From NCBI GenBank assembly GCA_001938485.1, contig MQRK01217690.1, positions 1 through 57,089 of the forward strand: a stretch of DNA of 57,089 nt. The letters are read 5' to 3'. Made by a program: the position numbers and the translations under genes. The notes beneath the pieces are model-generated. The model worked only from the letters and a program-made list of their open reading frames with translations, did not search any database and had not been told where the DNA came from. The DNA comes from Girardia tigrina. Lineage: Eukaryota. Shown in pieces: positions 25,702 to 39,267 of this stretch (its first letter is position 1; every line of letters starts with the position of its first letter).

Positions 25702-26726
25702 TTAGATCACCAATTGCCAGAAAACCCCAGAACCTGATGTAGCTGGCTTTTTAATTTCTTGTTTGAACTTGATATGTTGGCTCACCACTTGTAATACTTG
25801 TTGAAGCTCTGTGATATATTTGCAATAGTTTCCATCATTTGCTGGACTCACTTTCTTTTCCGAGTAGAAAATCCTCATTTTCCGACCAAAAATCACCTCG
25901 AAGGGAGAGAATCCAGTGCTTCTATAAATTGTATTTCTTAATCCAATTTCAACAAAGGAGATCGCCTCTTCCCATTTATATCCAGATGACTTCGCTGTTG
26001 CATAAAGCATGTCTTTTGCTGTACCAAATAGTCTCTCAATTACCCCGTCACCTTGAGGATAATATTGTGAGCTCCGAGATTTTCTAATTCCGAGAAGAGC
26101 ACAAAGTTCCTGTACGATCTCGCTCTCAAAAGCAGTCCCTCCATCTGAGTGTATCCTGTCTGGGATTCCAAATTGCACGATTCACTTGTCAAATATGGAT
26201 TTGCATATCGTTTTCGCAGTCATATTTCTCAGCGGTATCAGCATGGGGTATTTTGAAAAGTTATCAATAATTCCCAAGATGTATCTACATCAATTTTTAC
26301 TTTCTGGAAGTGTCCTGTTACATCAATAGATATTGTTCCAAAGGGGTACCCTGCATTTAAGGATCCATGAGCCTTATTTCTGTCTGGTCGTTGATTTTTT
26401 CGGCTCTGACATTCTTTACTTTTTCCTATTCTTATTCTAACATCAAAAAACATACCTGGCCAGTAGAATTTATCCTTTAAAAGAGCTGTTGTTTTGCTGA
26501 CTCCGATGTGTCCATGCAACATATGGGCATGGCCGATGATTTCATCTCTTCTATTTTTTGGTAAAAGAAGTTTATAGTCCACTTTGCGAATAATATATAG
26601 CAAGTCTCCTCTAAATCGCAAGTCCTTCCGATTTCTCCATAGCACCTGGGCTTCTCTTTCTGCATTCTGAAGTTCTCCAGGATATTGATCTTCAACGTAT
26701 TTGTTTTTCATAAGTTTAATTATCAA
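25702..26726 (-). pseudogene. Gypsy integrase (split over two ORFs)
   Basis: HMLHGHIG, FYWPGM, ISIDVTG, IHSDGGTAF, YYPQGDGVIER, TGFSPFEVIFGR. Confidence 0.92.
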
Positions 26727-26765
26727 AACCAGATTATTATCATCCGTCTGACAGACCTCTTCTTC

Positions 26766-27478
26766 TTACATTTCTATCCAACGGCAGTAGACAACAGCTT
26801 TTTTATCATTTTGATTTTCATTGTAATATTTAACATTTCGTTTTGCCTTCCGATTTTCGTGGCTCATTGCACATTGCTGGCATTGCTCTGGCGCTCGGGA
26901 TAGAGCCTCCGCATTCTTATGTTCTTCTCCTTTTCGGTGTTGGATATCCATATCAAAGACACTCAATTCATTGAGCCATGAACTAAATTGACTTGTACTC
27001 GGTGTTTTCCTATTCATCATCCAGCATAGAGCTTTGTGGTCAGTTCTTATACTAAATCTTCTTCNNNNNNNNNNNNNNNNNNNNNNNNTTGTGTATTTAT
27101 AGACACTCAGTAACTCTTTTCGTGTCACACAATAATGTTGTTCTGCTGTAGACAACTTATGCGAAGCGTAGGCTATTACTTTTTCATCACCACTTTGCAC
27201 TTGAGAAAGGACGCATCCAATCGTGTTATTACATGCATCCGTATCCAAAATGAATTGGTCGTAGCTATTCGGAACTGCTAAATTGGCGCAGTCATTAAAC
27301 ATTGTTTCAAATGAAGAAATGCGTCACCCAAACAGGCTGACCATTGCAACGGGTGTAATTTTCTAGTCCTAGCTTTGTTCCAACAGTCTTTACATGTGTC
27401 TTCTAATGGTGCAACAATTTTGGCGTACTCTTTAATATAATTGCGATAGTATCCGCAAAGTCCATGAAATTTTTTCAT
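26766..27478 (-). pseudogene. Gypsy RNase H region
   Basis: FILDTDAC, YCVTRKELL, RTDHKAL, NAEALSR. Confidence 0.9.
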
Positions 27479-27505
27479 TTCTTCTTGAGACTCTGGCTGT
27501 GGCCA

Positions 27506-28402
27506 CTAATGGATGTACTTGATTTTATCATCGTCCATTGAAATTCCATTGGCTGATACTCTATGGCCAAGGTACTTTACATCCCTTGCAAAAAATTGGC
27601 ACTTTGCTGGTTCAATCTTTAGACCGGCTTCTTTGATTTTGGATAATACTTTTCGCAGTCTGACAAAATGCTCCTCTTGTGTCTTCTCAAAAACTATAAT
27701 ATCATCCAAATATATTAAGCATTCCTTCCAGTCTTCTTCCTTTAATATCGCTTTCATAACTCTTTGGAACGTTACCGGCGCTGCCGCTAAGCCCATTGGC
27801 AACCTCAAAAACTCCCAATGTCCTTTTCTAGTACTAAACGCTGTTTTCTTTCTAACACACTCTGCAAGACTTATGTTATAATATCCTGCAGCCAAATCAA
27901 TTGTACAAAAGTGTTTCGCTCCTCCAAAGGTATCAAAATGTTGTTGTGCGTCAGGAATTGGAAATGATGGAACTTTAGTCTTTTGATTTAGTCTCCGATA
28001 ATCTACTGTAAGTCGAATATATCCGTCCTTTTTTGGCACAATGACTATAGGAGCGTTCCACTGTGATAGACCTGGTTGAATAATATTTTTCTGTAGCAAC
28101 TGTTCAACAAACTCATCCACTTTTTCTTGGAGCGCCACCGGAATTCTCCTTGTTTGCTCCTGTATCGGGCCATTATCTTTAAGCTCTATTTTATGCTCAG
28201 CGTTCCGCGCCAAGCCTATATCATATTTAGACCAACTAAATACGTCTCTGAATTCTTTCACTAAACTAATAATATTGTCTCTATTGGTATCATTCACACA
28301 TCTAAATTGGGATAAGAGACACTCACTTTCAGGCGCTTCTCGTGTAACGGAAGCTGTTACAGTCTGAGTCTTATAGGGCGCATACTGCTTCCGACTCCTC
28401 AA
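27506..28402 (-). pseudogene. Gypsy reverse transcriptase
   Basis: SQWNAPIVIVPKKDG, VDYRRLN, YLDDIIV, YLGHRVS. Confidence 0.95.
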
Positions 28403-28413
28403 ACAGTGCCCTT

Positions 28414-29904
28414 TCAGTTTAACTGATTTGTCGGGACTGTCGTATCTGCATTCATCTTCGAAACGAATGGAACGAAAATTGTTCTACTATTAACACCATT
28501 ATTATCGAGATTAATCTTAAACCCAAGACTCTTCATGCTCCGTTTCCAAAGAATTATATCCGGGCTCAATCCATCCACAACAAAGAAATTGCAACTTTTC
28601 CATTTAGTACCCAATTCAACTACCAGGGATACTTCCGCTCGTACAGGCACTGTAAATCCATCTGCACACTTGATTTTTCTGGATGAACGTCTGGTTTTCA
28701 ATGTTTTATCTGAATCTTGCAACTCCATTAGCATGTTTTGCTGATAGCATTCACTTCGGCTCCGGTGTCTAATATGATCTTTTTACTGTTCCCATTGATC
28801 CGACCGTAACACATTGGTTTGTTCTGATCTTTTACTTTATAACTGCTCTTCTTTACTCGAAGATTATTCTGTTCCTTTTGTTTCGGAACTGTTTCTTTCA
28901 CCGCTCTGGCATATGACTTCTTTGCATTTGAAATATGACAAATGCTCGGTTCTTCCGTACCTGTTCCCGTGTCTGTTTCACTTTCATTACTGGATATACT
29001 GGCAGACTCGACCACATGGACATATTTACGTTTTCCGTTTAGACAAAACTTATCTATATGCCCCTTTTTGTTGCATTTTTTGCAAAATCGAGACTTTTTA
29101 CAGCCTCTCAAAATGTGACTGCTGCTCCCACAATTCCAGCATCCACTTGTTTCTTTGACAGGATTTCTCATTCTATTATCGCTTTTCCATAGACTCGATT
29201 GTCTTTCTTGCTGCAGCCCTTTTAACGTTTCCTGCAATGAGGTAATACGTTTGTTCAGTTCTGAAATTTCATCCCGGAGCATTCGAATTTCATCATTCTC
29301 GACCAGCACATATACTGTTGCCGACATCTCCTGAGTTACACGTTCTTTTTTATCATCTCGAATGCTTCATCCAAAGTTTTAGGCTGCAACACTTTTAGTG
29401 CTTTTTGAGCTCTGTCATTCATTAAACCATTTATAAAAACTTGGAGAGTTTTTGGCTCTCTTTCTTCGGAGATCAACTCCGATAATTCTTTAAAACAACG
29501 AATTCTTAATTCTTTCATAAAGTCCTTCGTTGACTGGCCATCCTTCTGTCGAATGCCGAATAGTTTCATCCACGATGAAATATCTAACTTCTTTCGTCTG
29601 AACAGCTTCAAAAAAAGTTTCCTTGAGCCATTCGAAACTCTTTTGGTTTTGGGTGTAACCCTACTGCGACTTCAGAAAACACTGAACATCTTCCTCCAAG
29701 TATTCCATGAAGAAGTCAGCTTGTGTTTCCTCCGATATTTCAAGTTGCCGAAAAATACATCCATGTATTTCAAAAATTGGGTAGCATCGTCCCGTTTTCG
29801 AATGTTTTCGGAGTTTTAGCGGAGTCCTTTTTCCGGATTCTATTCAAAATTACTTCTAGTAATTTCGACTGGTGATCTCCACTATCGGCTTTGATCCTGC
29901 TCAT
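28414..29904 (-). pseudogene. Gypsy gag and aspartic protease (frameshifted)
   Basis: CWNCGSSSHILRGC, CKKCNKKGHIDKFC, ILDTGAEVNAIS; ATG at 29904 inside the PBS-like tract. Confidence 0.88.
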
Positions 29905-30199
29905 GACGCCACTGTTGTGAAAGAGAATATCCAACTAAGAAAAATATATTTGAATTAACAATTTACAATAAGGATTATTAAAACAACACACACATTAAAA
30001 TACATTAATCTTTGCATAATTATTCCACAATAACAATTATACTTTAAAATTTTCTATACATATAGAAATATATTTTATTTATAATATTTAAATTTCATTA
30101 GTTTATTTTATATCCCTTTAAATATTTATCTTTTTTTAAAAAAAATATTAAATTTAATTTTAATTATTAATTTTAAAACTTTTAACTTATCAGATTATT

Positions 30200-30346
30200 A
30201 TCGTTTCGTTATTATTATTTTAACTCTGTAAAATACAAAAAAAATACCAATTTCCATCTGGGTGGGAGAATCACCATTCTAAGTTCAACATACCAGAATC
30301 AACATACAGAATTTATACATTTATACAATTTAAAATATGCCTCAAC
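30200..30346 (-). repeat. LTR fragment of Gypsy family A
   Basis: AAAATACCAATTTCCATCTGGGTGGGAGAATCACCA near-identical to 3026-3060. Confidence 0.8.
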
Positions 30347-32093
30347 TGATTTCCCGTAGAACAACAATTTCCCGCAGAACAACTGATTGGATTAAACGAT
30401 AGTAAGTAACATCGACCAAAGACCACATTGATCACATCCTCTGATGACTGAGGAATTCAAAATAATTTCCAAACATTCAATCTCTTTCAAATGCTCCCAA
30501 TTCTTTGAAACCCCTTTGTTACATATTTCCTTTCTACTATAAACTTATTTTAAATTGATAATTAATTTAAAAAAATAAGAGATAAAATAAAAAAAACAAT
30601 AACTAGAAATTTAAATTAAAAATAAATAAAACGACTAATAAAATTGAATTAAATTACATTTCTATGGATTAACAGCAAATATATATTTTATTTTGAATTA
30701 ACCTTTTTCTATTAAAATCTTTAAAAAAAAGTTTTCAAAATATTTGAAAAAAATTGTAATATGTCGATTTAACAAATATCGAAACTATTGGGACAAATAA
30801 ATTGCAAAATTACGGCTTTACAAAACCCCCAAGGTTTTCAAACTTAATTCTTTTATTACAGATGGAAGAGAGAAAGGAAATTTGCAATGAAAAAAAGCTT
30901 ATCATAGGATAAAATTGATTATTAAAGAATATTAATAAAATTTTATATATTTATATATTTTACCTAATTTAAAAGAAAATGAAATAGAAACTTTTCATAA
31001 TTATGATAATTAAAGTAATAAATTTGAAGTTTTATGAGCATTTGGAGAGTCGACCTTCAAAACTACAAAACTAAAGTAGTTTCAAAAGGATTTGAACATA
31101 TATTTTGCAAAAATATTTTTTTGCTTTTTAAATGAAAACCTAAATAAATTTAATTTGTAATTAAAATTTTATAATTGCTTCAGGACAAAGGAAATATTTT
31201 CTATAATTAATTAAAATGAAAAACAATAATAATTTTGATGATTGAAAATATATCTATATATATATAATATTAAAAAAAAAATATTAATTAATAATATTAA
31301 AAATATTAATAATGATTATGAATAAAAAATAATAATAAATAGGTTACTGTAGTCATTGAAATTAGTAGAAAATATAAAATATAATTATGTCAAGCAAGAG
31401 AAAGAGTCGAGGATAGTATTCCCAGATTAGAAGAAGACAGATAAGACGGGGTCACAGATTAGACAGTTTGCAAGAATTAGTTTCCTGGCTGTTTCGGCCC
31501 GCTAGAATGAAAAGTCGATAAAAAATCGAAATGCCAATATCCCCATAATAATTAGATAAATTTTATCCAGCTATTCATCAACAAGTAATTGAAATTGGGA
31601 ACTATTTATATAAAACGATCTCGAAATATTATATTCAATGAGGGAGAAAAAATAAATTACAAAAAGAACTAAAATGCTCAGGAGATATTTGAAAAATAAA
31701 TTTGGCAAGACAACTTATTGAAACTAGTTAATTTCTTTGAAATATATTATATATTCGAATATAATAATCAAAAATTTACTAGTAATACTATTAATTTTTT
31801 TTAATGAAAAAATATTTTTTTGGCAAAAAAAGTTAACTACAAAGACTGATTATGGTTAAAATTGATTTGGTTTTGAAGATGTTAATTATTTTTTTTGGAA
31901 TTTTTATTCTCTTTTCTCGTAATAAATAATGAGTACGAAAATTAATGGCACCAACTTTAATTTATCCTTGATTTTCATTTTGAGTTCATTTGAGTGACTT
32001 AAATAAATATCAATATTAAAAATATATAAGAATTATTATTATTTTAAAATATATTTTAAAATAATAAATTTCAACGGGTTTTCCGCCGTCCTA

Positions 32094-32887
32094 CAGGGTT
32101 ATGCACAATTATATATACTGTGTGTAAAAATGTATATACTAACATTAATGTTTATTTAAATATACATAATTTTACCATTTTTAAAAATATTTTTTAATAA
32201 ATTTATTCATTTTATTGAAAGAGTAAGTTTTTTACTTTACTAATTTAAAAAATTTCTTAAATTTTTTTTGTAAAAATTTTGTAAAAATTTAATTACATAT
32301 AATGTAAAATAAACATTTTTATTTTTGAGTTCTGACTAAGTACAGTGCTTACTCTCTTATCAGCCAACTCTACTATCCGTCACGTTTTTGGCGGATAAGA
32401 GAGTAAACACTGTATATCGTTCATCTAGTACATGAGCCGTATAATTGTAATCTATGTATATGGGTTGTGTACGGAAACTACTATTATTTAACAGTTACAT
32501 TAAAAATTTAAAAGTAACTTTCCTCCATGATTACATGTATATTAATAACTAATTTTGATTAAATTTCCAAACTTAAAATTTTTTTTAATAATACTGATTT
32601 AAAAAACATCAATAATAGTTTTTACGTATAGATTTTATCTAAAAATAAAAATGCTTATTATATATTTATTAAATTTTTACACAATTTTTACAAAAAAATT
32701 CAATAAATTTTAAATAAAAAAACGTACACTTTCAATTTTATATAAAATGAATAAATTTATTAAAAAATATCTTAAAACTTGGTAAAATTAGGTATATTTT
32801 AAAAATATTATCGTCAGTATATATATTTTGAACACAGTATATTTATATATATTATTGCACACGTATACATAATTGTTCACAATCCTG
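32094..32887. mobile_element. Tc1/mariner-type MITE with long imperfect inverted arms
   Basis: TA|CAGGGTTATGCACAATTAT ... ATAATTGTTCACAATCCTG|TA; internal inverted similarity extends over about 200 bp. Confidence 0.75.
32343..32412. mobile_element. 70-bp pogo/Tigger-type mini-MITE nested in the larger MITE
   Basis: TA|CAGTGCTTACTCTCTTATCAGCCA ... TGGCGGATAAGAGAGTAAACACTG|TA. Confidence 0.8.
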
Positions 32888-32994
32888 TAAAATTAATGAT
32901 TATGAGTAGCTTTACTCCCTATATATGTAAAATGAATTATTATATAATCTATGGCGTAAAATAATTCGAAAGTTTGACGGTAAAATCATCAAAA

Positions 32995-33393
32995 TCACCC
33001 TTGCTCGACTCTCCATTTATCTAAAAACCGTCTCACTGGGATATTTCGATAGACAGCCCCATAATCGGAAAGGAAACGTTTCGGCGGTCCAAATTCGTAG
33101 CATACACAATCTATATGCCAACCTATTTCCTCGGCGGATTCACTACGCAACTTTCTCCAAATACATAATCTTGTTGCTGAATCCACTATGATAAGATAGG
33201 CGACACTGTTAAAATAAGTCACATCGCTGGTAGGTAACATCACAAAGTTGGTACCATAACTTCTAGATTGATAATTGCCCATGTTGATACTCAATTCGTG
33301 GGCTGGACAGATCTTTGAACACTCAACGCATTGCTTGACAACTTCCTTAACATGATCCGACTTTACTGCATTAGTGCCATATTTTTCCCTCAA
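32995..33393 (-). pseudogene. retroelement integrase fragment (zinc finger plus core)
   Basis: VVKQCVECSKI, SDVTYF, YLIIVDS, FGPPKRFLSDYG. Confidence 0.8.
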
Positions 33394-34366
33394 CAGTTCA
33401 CTCGTCCAGTCGACTCCAAAGTAACAGATTCATTAAATATATTTTAAAATGACTTAACTTTTTCTTAAAATTTATATTATTTTTTAAATTATTTATAATT
33501 ATTATTAGTAGTAGTATCAATATAATAAAAAATATTATTATTAATACTAACATTATTGTAATATTAATAAATTTACTTAAAATTTTCTGATATCTGATGG
33601 AAAAGTCTTACAATGGTGTCAAAAGCGGTTTTGCTCCAATGCAGCATCATCTCTTTTAAATTATTTCTGTTTTAATTCTTGTATCTGAAACAAAATAACC
33701 AAGTTGATACATGCAACAGCGAGTTTACCTCTTACGACCCTCAAATATTTTCAGGAATATTTTGTAAACAACTTTGACATGTCCTTCTCGTATTTACATC
33801 AAGCCATTCCATAATGTTGAAGAGAGTGCATTTCTAACCACATTAACATCACCTGGATTTTGGGTGTTCGACTCTCACCAGAAAGACTCGAATCTTCTAA
33901 ACACTTAATTGATCTACCGAAATGTCAAGCAATGACAACTCTCAGAAAAGTGTTTTTCTGAAAACTTACAATAGACACCCTTATAAAGCCTCTGGAAGTT
34001 AATAAATCGTTATGACGGTCTGATTTTGTTGAATACTTTGACGATCGTTTCGAAATCAAACTATTCAGATCATCTACTGTCTCCAAAAACACTTTTTAGC
34101 CCATTAATATTCCAGTGAATTTGAAAAGCTTCTAGAAGTACACTCTCCCATCAAGAAAAAATTCAACATCATTGAGGATATAAAATGACCGAAATATTTG
34201 TTTTTACAACCGTATTTTAGGCTGGCTTTTATAATATTTTAACAATTAAAATGCAAAATCGAAGATGTAGAGTAGAAATTGAATTTTTCTAATATTTTTA
34301 TTTGATTATTCACAGAAATTTGAATGCACTTTGCTTTTTAAAACAATAGTTTGTTATTTATTAGAT

Positions 34367-34440
34367 CAGTGCTTCTTAAACTATATATCACGATCATTTT
34401 TGATCCCACGAAGAAAATGTTTAGGGTTGTGAAGTTTTAA
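34367..34440. mobile_element. single hAT (Buster-like) terminal fragment
   Basis: CAGTGCTTCTTAAACT preceded by TATTAGAT (NNNTANNN); other end not found. Confidence 0.4.
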
Positions 34441-34849
34441 TGTGAGACATGGCTCCAATCTAGTGTTTTCTACTGGAAACGTTCATTTTTGATGAAATTG
34501 TGCAACTAATCAAGTCGAAAAAGGTATGTTATCTCATAAAATGAGCGTCCATATCGAATTCGTCGAGCAACAATGTATCCTTAAAATTATGTTCCATTAT
34601 TGACTTATGCTCGCTACTCAAATATGTCGATCTGATTATTTTCTTTCCTTCGATAAATATCGATGGCTTCATTAGCAATTTTAGAAATTTAACTGAAAGT
34701 TGATTTTTTTAGTAAGACTCGTTATTTAATTTCCAAATTCAACATTCTAATTTTAATATTCCAAATTCAAAATATTCCTCTCACTTTTATAAGATAACCG
34801 AAATTTTCGATTCATTTTGATTGCTATTTTCAGATAATTCTAATTTGCT

Positions 34850-34958
34850 TTTGCGGACTCGATCTAATGTTCCCACAGAGCATCCAAGTTGCTTGGCTAT
34901 TTCATCGTCAAGGTGTCCCAGGAGAAGCAATTGGCAATCTCAGCACGCTTTGCTACCA
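34850..34958 (-). pseudogene. Tc1/mariner-like transposase N-terminal HTH remnant
   Basis: MVAKRAEIA, then after a frameshift GHLDDEIAKQLGCSVGT..RVRK. Confidence 0.45.
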
Positions 34959-35339
34959 TACATTTACAAACAAATTTCTATATATTAAAGATTAATTGAA
35001 AAAAAATGGATATTCATGTTGTAAGGGAAAATTCGGAATGTTGTGAGCTTGATGTTTGTATTTTGTTTAGATTGGTGAATCTCAGACTCAGATGGGATGA
35101 TGTGTTATTGAATAATTATTTAAATCTAATGAGATTAATTTTATAAGATTAATGTTTAAATGCTAATTAATTAAAAAGTTTTATAATTATAAATTCTAAT
35201 AATATTTTTAGTTAAACGATTTTAACTTATTGAATTTAATATAATTTAAAAACTATTATTATTATTTATTTTAAAATTTACTTATTACATTTTTATCCAA
35301 AAAAAATTTAGAAATCAAAGCCTAATATTATTTTATCTC

Positions 35340-38300
35340 TGTGAGGTGTAGTTACATAATCAACCATTTAAAATATGATGTTTGGTGTGTTATGTGTGTT
35401 TGTGAGTTTGATTGACATATGACATAATAATCTCGAATCTTGAATCATTACATCATTGCTAATCCCCATATATAAAGAATGTTGTATGATTTATTCATAG
35501 AATTTTATAACCCAACTTATTTGAATAACACGACTTATAAATAATAACATGGCGACCACGCTGAATACTAGCGAACTTATTCGCATCATTCCACAGCCGA
35601 GAACACTTACTGGTGAGATAGACATTGAAGATTTTCTCACAGAAATGAAGAACTATTTTGATTTAAATCAAATAAGAATGGATCAACGGAATATTTTAAT
35701 CAGAGCCTTTATGGATGCATGAAGAAATTTGAGAAGAATACAGACCCTGAAAACTACGAAGAAAAACTTCGAAAGTTATTCAAAAGTCAACAAATTTAGC
35801 GGAAGACTTGCAGAATGCGTTGTCATATCGGAAAGGATCAGCATCAATTGAAGAATATATTCAACAAGTTGAAAAAAAATGTCGAGAAAATAATGAAACA
35901 TAAGCTAACGTAAACTAAACTAACTACATTTTTGCTTAAATATTGTTTGGATAATGAGAAAATGAAAGACGAAATCACTCGGTTTGAATATACAGAATCA
36001 TTGCTAAAATTAAAAGCCGGGAAAGAAAATATAGAAAATGAAGAACAGAATGGACCAACTCCGACCAAGTATATTAAAGAAATTTTGAAAACAGTGGAAG
36101 CTCGGTCGAAACAGGAAGAGGTATTTTTAATAAATAAGCCAACTTATGCAGCGATAGTGAACAAAAACTATCAAAGCAGTCAACAATTTAATGATAGACA
36201 ACGCAATGAGAATATCAGACCAAGAAATATATCTTATCCCAATAAGAACGGAGGAAATTTAAATTCGGAAACGGAGCCTCGAGTGACAAACATCTCTCAA
36301 TGCTGTGTGAGGAATATTTGGTGTGTGTATGTTTTTGTGTAGTTTTTGCATGTTCAAATGTTGTATGTTGATTTGGGATTGTGCCTCTCCTAACCAGATG
36401 GATTATCAATATTTAATTTTTTANNNNNNNNNNNNNNNNNNNNNNNNNNNNNNNNNNNNNNNNNNNNNNNNNNAATTTTTAGTTTTTATTATTGTACTTT
36501 TTAAATAATTTTAATGATTTTATTTTTGTAAATTTTTAAATAATTAAAATCAAATTAATGTTTAAAAATGACTATAAAAATATTTTATTTCAACCAATCA
36601 AAAATTTAAATTAAATATTTTTTAAATAAAATAATCTTATCAAGTATAGTTCAGATTATAATAGGAGATATTGAAAATTGATTGATGGATCTAAGTGAAA
36701 GCATTACTGTTGATCATCATAAAGATGATAAAAATTGTGAATGTAATAAATGTTCTGTCAAATGTGTGAGTTCTCTTACAACTATGCATGTCAAGAAATG
36801 AGTATTATTCGTCGACAGTGTCCTAATATACAATGTTCTCATTGCCGGGGACAAAGTTATTTAAAAAGACAGTGTTTTCAAAGGCGGAGAGACAACGAGA
36901 GAGGAAACAGTGGAGACTATCGTAATAATACTTTCAGGAGAAATTCGAACTAAAACCAGCCTAATTACTATGCCCGGAGAAAGCCAGAATACTACAATCA
37001 AATAGCTGCTATGGGTTATGAAGACAACCAGAAACCAGATTACTGCGATCGTGAGACAAGTGGTGAAGACTGCCGAAGACAATCAGGAACCGAGATACGA
37101 GCGGAAAATGGGGGTGCTTCGAACATAGGGGAAATGCTCGGGGTGATACAAACGCAGTAAGTAATGATGTATTTGATTCGAGATTTTTGAGATTAGAATG
37201 TGATAGTATGAATGAATGTTATGATGAGAATGATTGTAATTTTGTCGATAAGTATGATGTTTGCATGAATGTTGAAAAGGATAACAATTTTTTCGATAAG
37301 TTTAATGTTCTTTTGAATGATGAAAGAGATGAAAAAAATAATAGAATATGAAATATGTGCGAATTATTTTAATAGAAATGAATTACTAAATAAAGATTAT
37401 TTTATTAATAATGATAATAAATACTTTAAAAATAAAGACTTTATAAGGGAGTGTATAAAGATAGATAAATCAAAAATAATACTGGACAAAAACTAGATAA
37501 GTGACCATTTGATAACGTGATTCTGAATAGCAAATATTTCTACTGTTTATTTGATACGGGTGCTAAAATTAGTGTCATTAGTATGGGGGTACCTCGAAAA
37601 TGTGAAGGGAAATTAGAGAATGACAATAAGTTATTGAAAATTTCATGTGCAAATGGAACCGTGTTAGAAATATTAGGATATTGTGAATTAGAAATAGGAT
37701 ATAAAGAGAAGAATATTAAAAATATTTTCTTTGTTGCTGTTGACATTATTCCCGAAGTAATAATCGGAGTAGATATTTTAGATAAATAATTTGAAACAGC
37801 ACAGTTTCAAAATTGGATAAACTTTTTAAGTAGTCTGAATATCAAATTAGAATATAGGAAAGGGGACAAACATGGCAACGCAGACGCACTATCCCGAATG
37901 AACACCGAACAATGTAAGCAGTGTAATTTAAACCATAAGGATGCAAAAACAGTGAAGTGTCAGACAGACTCCTTACGATGAATCAAGAAAACTTAATTAC
38001 AGAGTTACAACAGAATAGCGCTGAAATTGATGAGATACTAACACGAATTCAAAACAAAGAAGAACACGAGTTTGTTTTCAAAGATGGACTGATAATGAAA
38101 AATAATAAAATATTTGTTCTAAAAGAAAAACAGAAAGATTTCATTACTTTATACCATAAAATATTGTGCCATGCTGGATGTCAAAAAGTGTACAAATTTT
38201 TGTACAACAATTATATTATGAATAAATTTGAATAAACAGTAAAAGATACTATTAAAAGGTGTGTAATTTGTCAAAAAGGGAAAGTTTTCACACAGAAAAC

Positions 38301-39267
38301 CAAAGAAATTAACTATAAATTAACAGCTACAGAACAATTTGAATCAGTATATATAGATTTTTGTGGACCTTTGAAATCCACACTGTCGGGAAAAAATATA
38401 TCATGGCTATTATCGACCAATTTAGTAAATATGTGGTATTAAAAGCGGTTAATAACCAAGACAAGAAAATATTAGTTAAAATATTGACAGAACATTAGAT
38501 ATTGAAGTTTGGCAGTCCAAAAATTGTGCATGTTGATAATGGTAAATCATTTTTGTCATCAATGTTTACAAATTTAGGAAATAAATATAACTTCATCATA
38601 CAATACTCGAGCCCATACCACCATCAAGCCAACGGACAAGTAGAAAGACAATTTCGAACAATTCGAGACTGGATATTTTGCTGTGTAGAAGATAAGTTAT
38701 TTAGAGACTGGGAAGAGTGTTTACCCTACATTGAATTTACAATGAACGCAACAGCTCAAAAAACATTAATGTTAAGCCCCTCGGAGATTATTGATCGATT
38801 TGAGTTTTTTTAAGCAAGATGATGCAATAATGAGGGCGAAAAACAAATATATCAAATCAATAAAAATAAATCAGGAAAACAATAAGAATGTGAAAACGGA
38901 TAGACAATTTAATGTTGGAGATTTAGTAAATGTGAAAAATGATAATAGGAAAAAAACAGGAAAAGCGTCATGACGGTCCTTATACAATAATAACTAAACT
39001 TCATGATAGGAGCTATATATTAAAAAAAATATGATGGATCAGAAATTATCAGAAACGTGGAATGGCTTGCGCCATATTGGACGAGGGAGATGTGAGGTGT
39101 AGTTAAATAATCAACAATTTAAAATATGATGCTTGGTGTGTTTGTGAGTTTGATTGACATATGACATAATATATCTCGAATCATTACATCATTGCCAATC
39201 CCCATATATGTTGTATGATTTATTAATAGAATTTGTTAACCCGACTTATGACTTATAAATAATAACA
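35340..39267 (+). mobile_element. Ty3/Gypsy element (family B), two LTRs, lacking RT and most of RNase H
   Basis: LTRs 35340-35549 and 39091-39267, exact TSD ATCTC, PBS-like TGGCGACC, PPT GACGAGGGAGA; gag, LFDTGAKISVI protease, integrase (YIDFCGP, VHVDNG, YHHQANGQVER). Confidence 0.93.
36306..36780 (+). repeat. solo LTR (TGTGAGG group) inserted in the gag zinc knuckle; contains a gap
   Basis: TGTGAGGAATATT...CTTACA; removing it rejoins QC-YACQEM. Confidence 0.82.

Larger units (their letters stand above)
25217..30029 (-). mobile_element. Ty3/Gypsy LTR retrotransposon (family C), full length, frameshifted
   Basis: 117-bp LTRs 29913-30029 and 25217-25333, near-TSD ATAAT/ATAAC, PBS-like TGGCGTCATGAGCAGGAT; gag with two CCHC knuckles, ILDTGA protease, RT, RNase H, integrase. 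Confidence 0.96.

Noticed and set aside
33590-34200. Possible decayed transposase
   Set aside because: No diagnostic motif could be read reliably.
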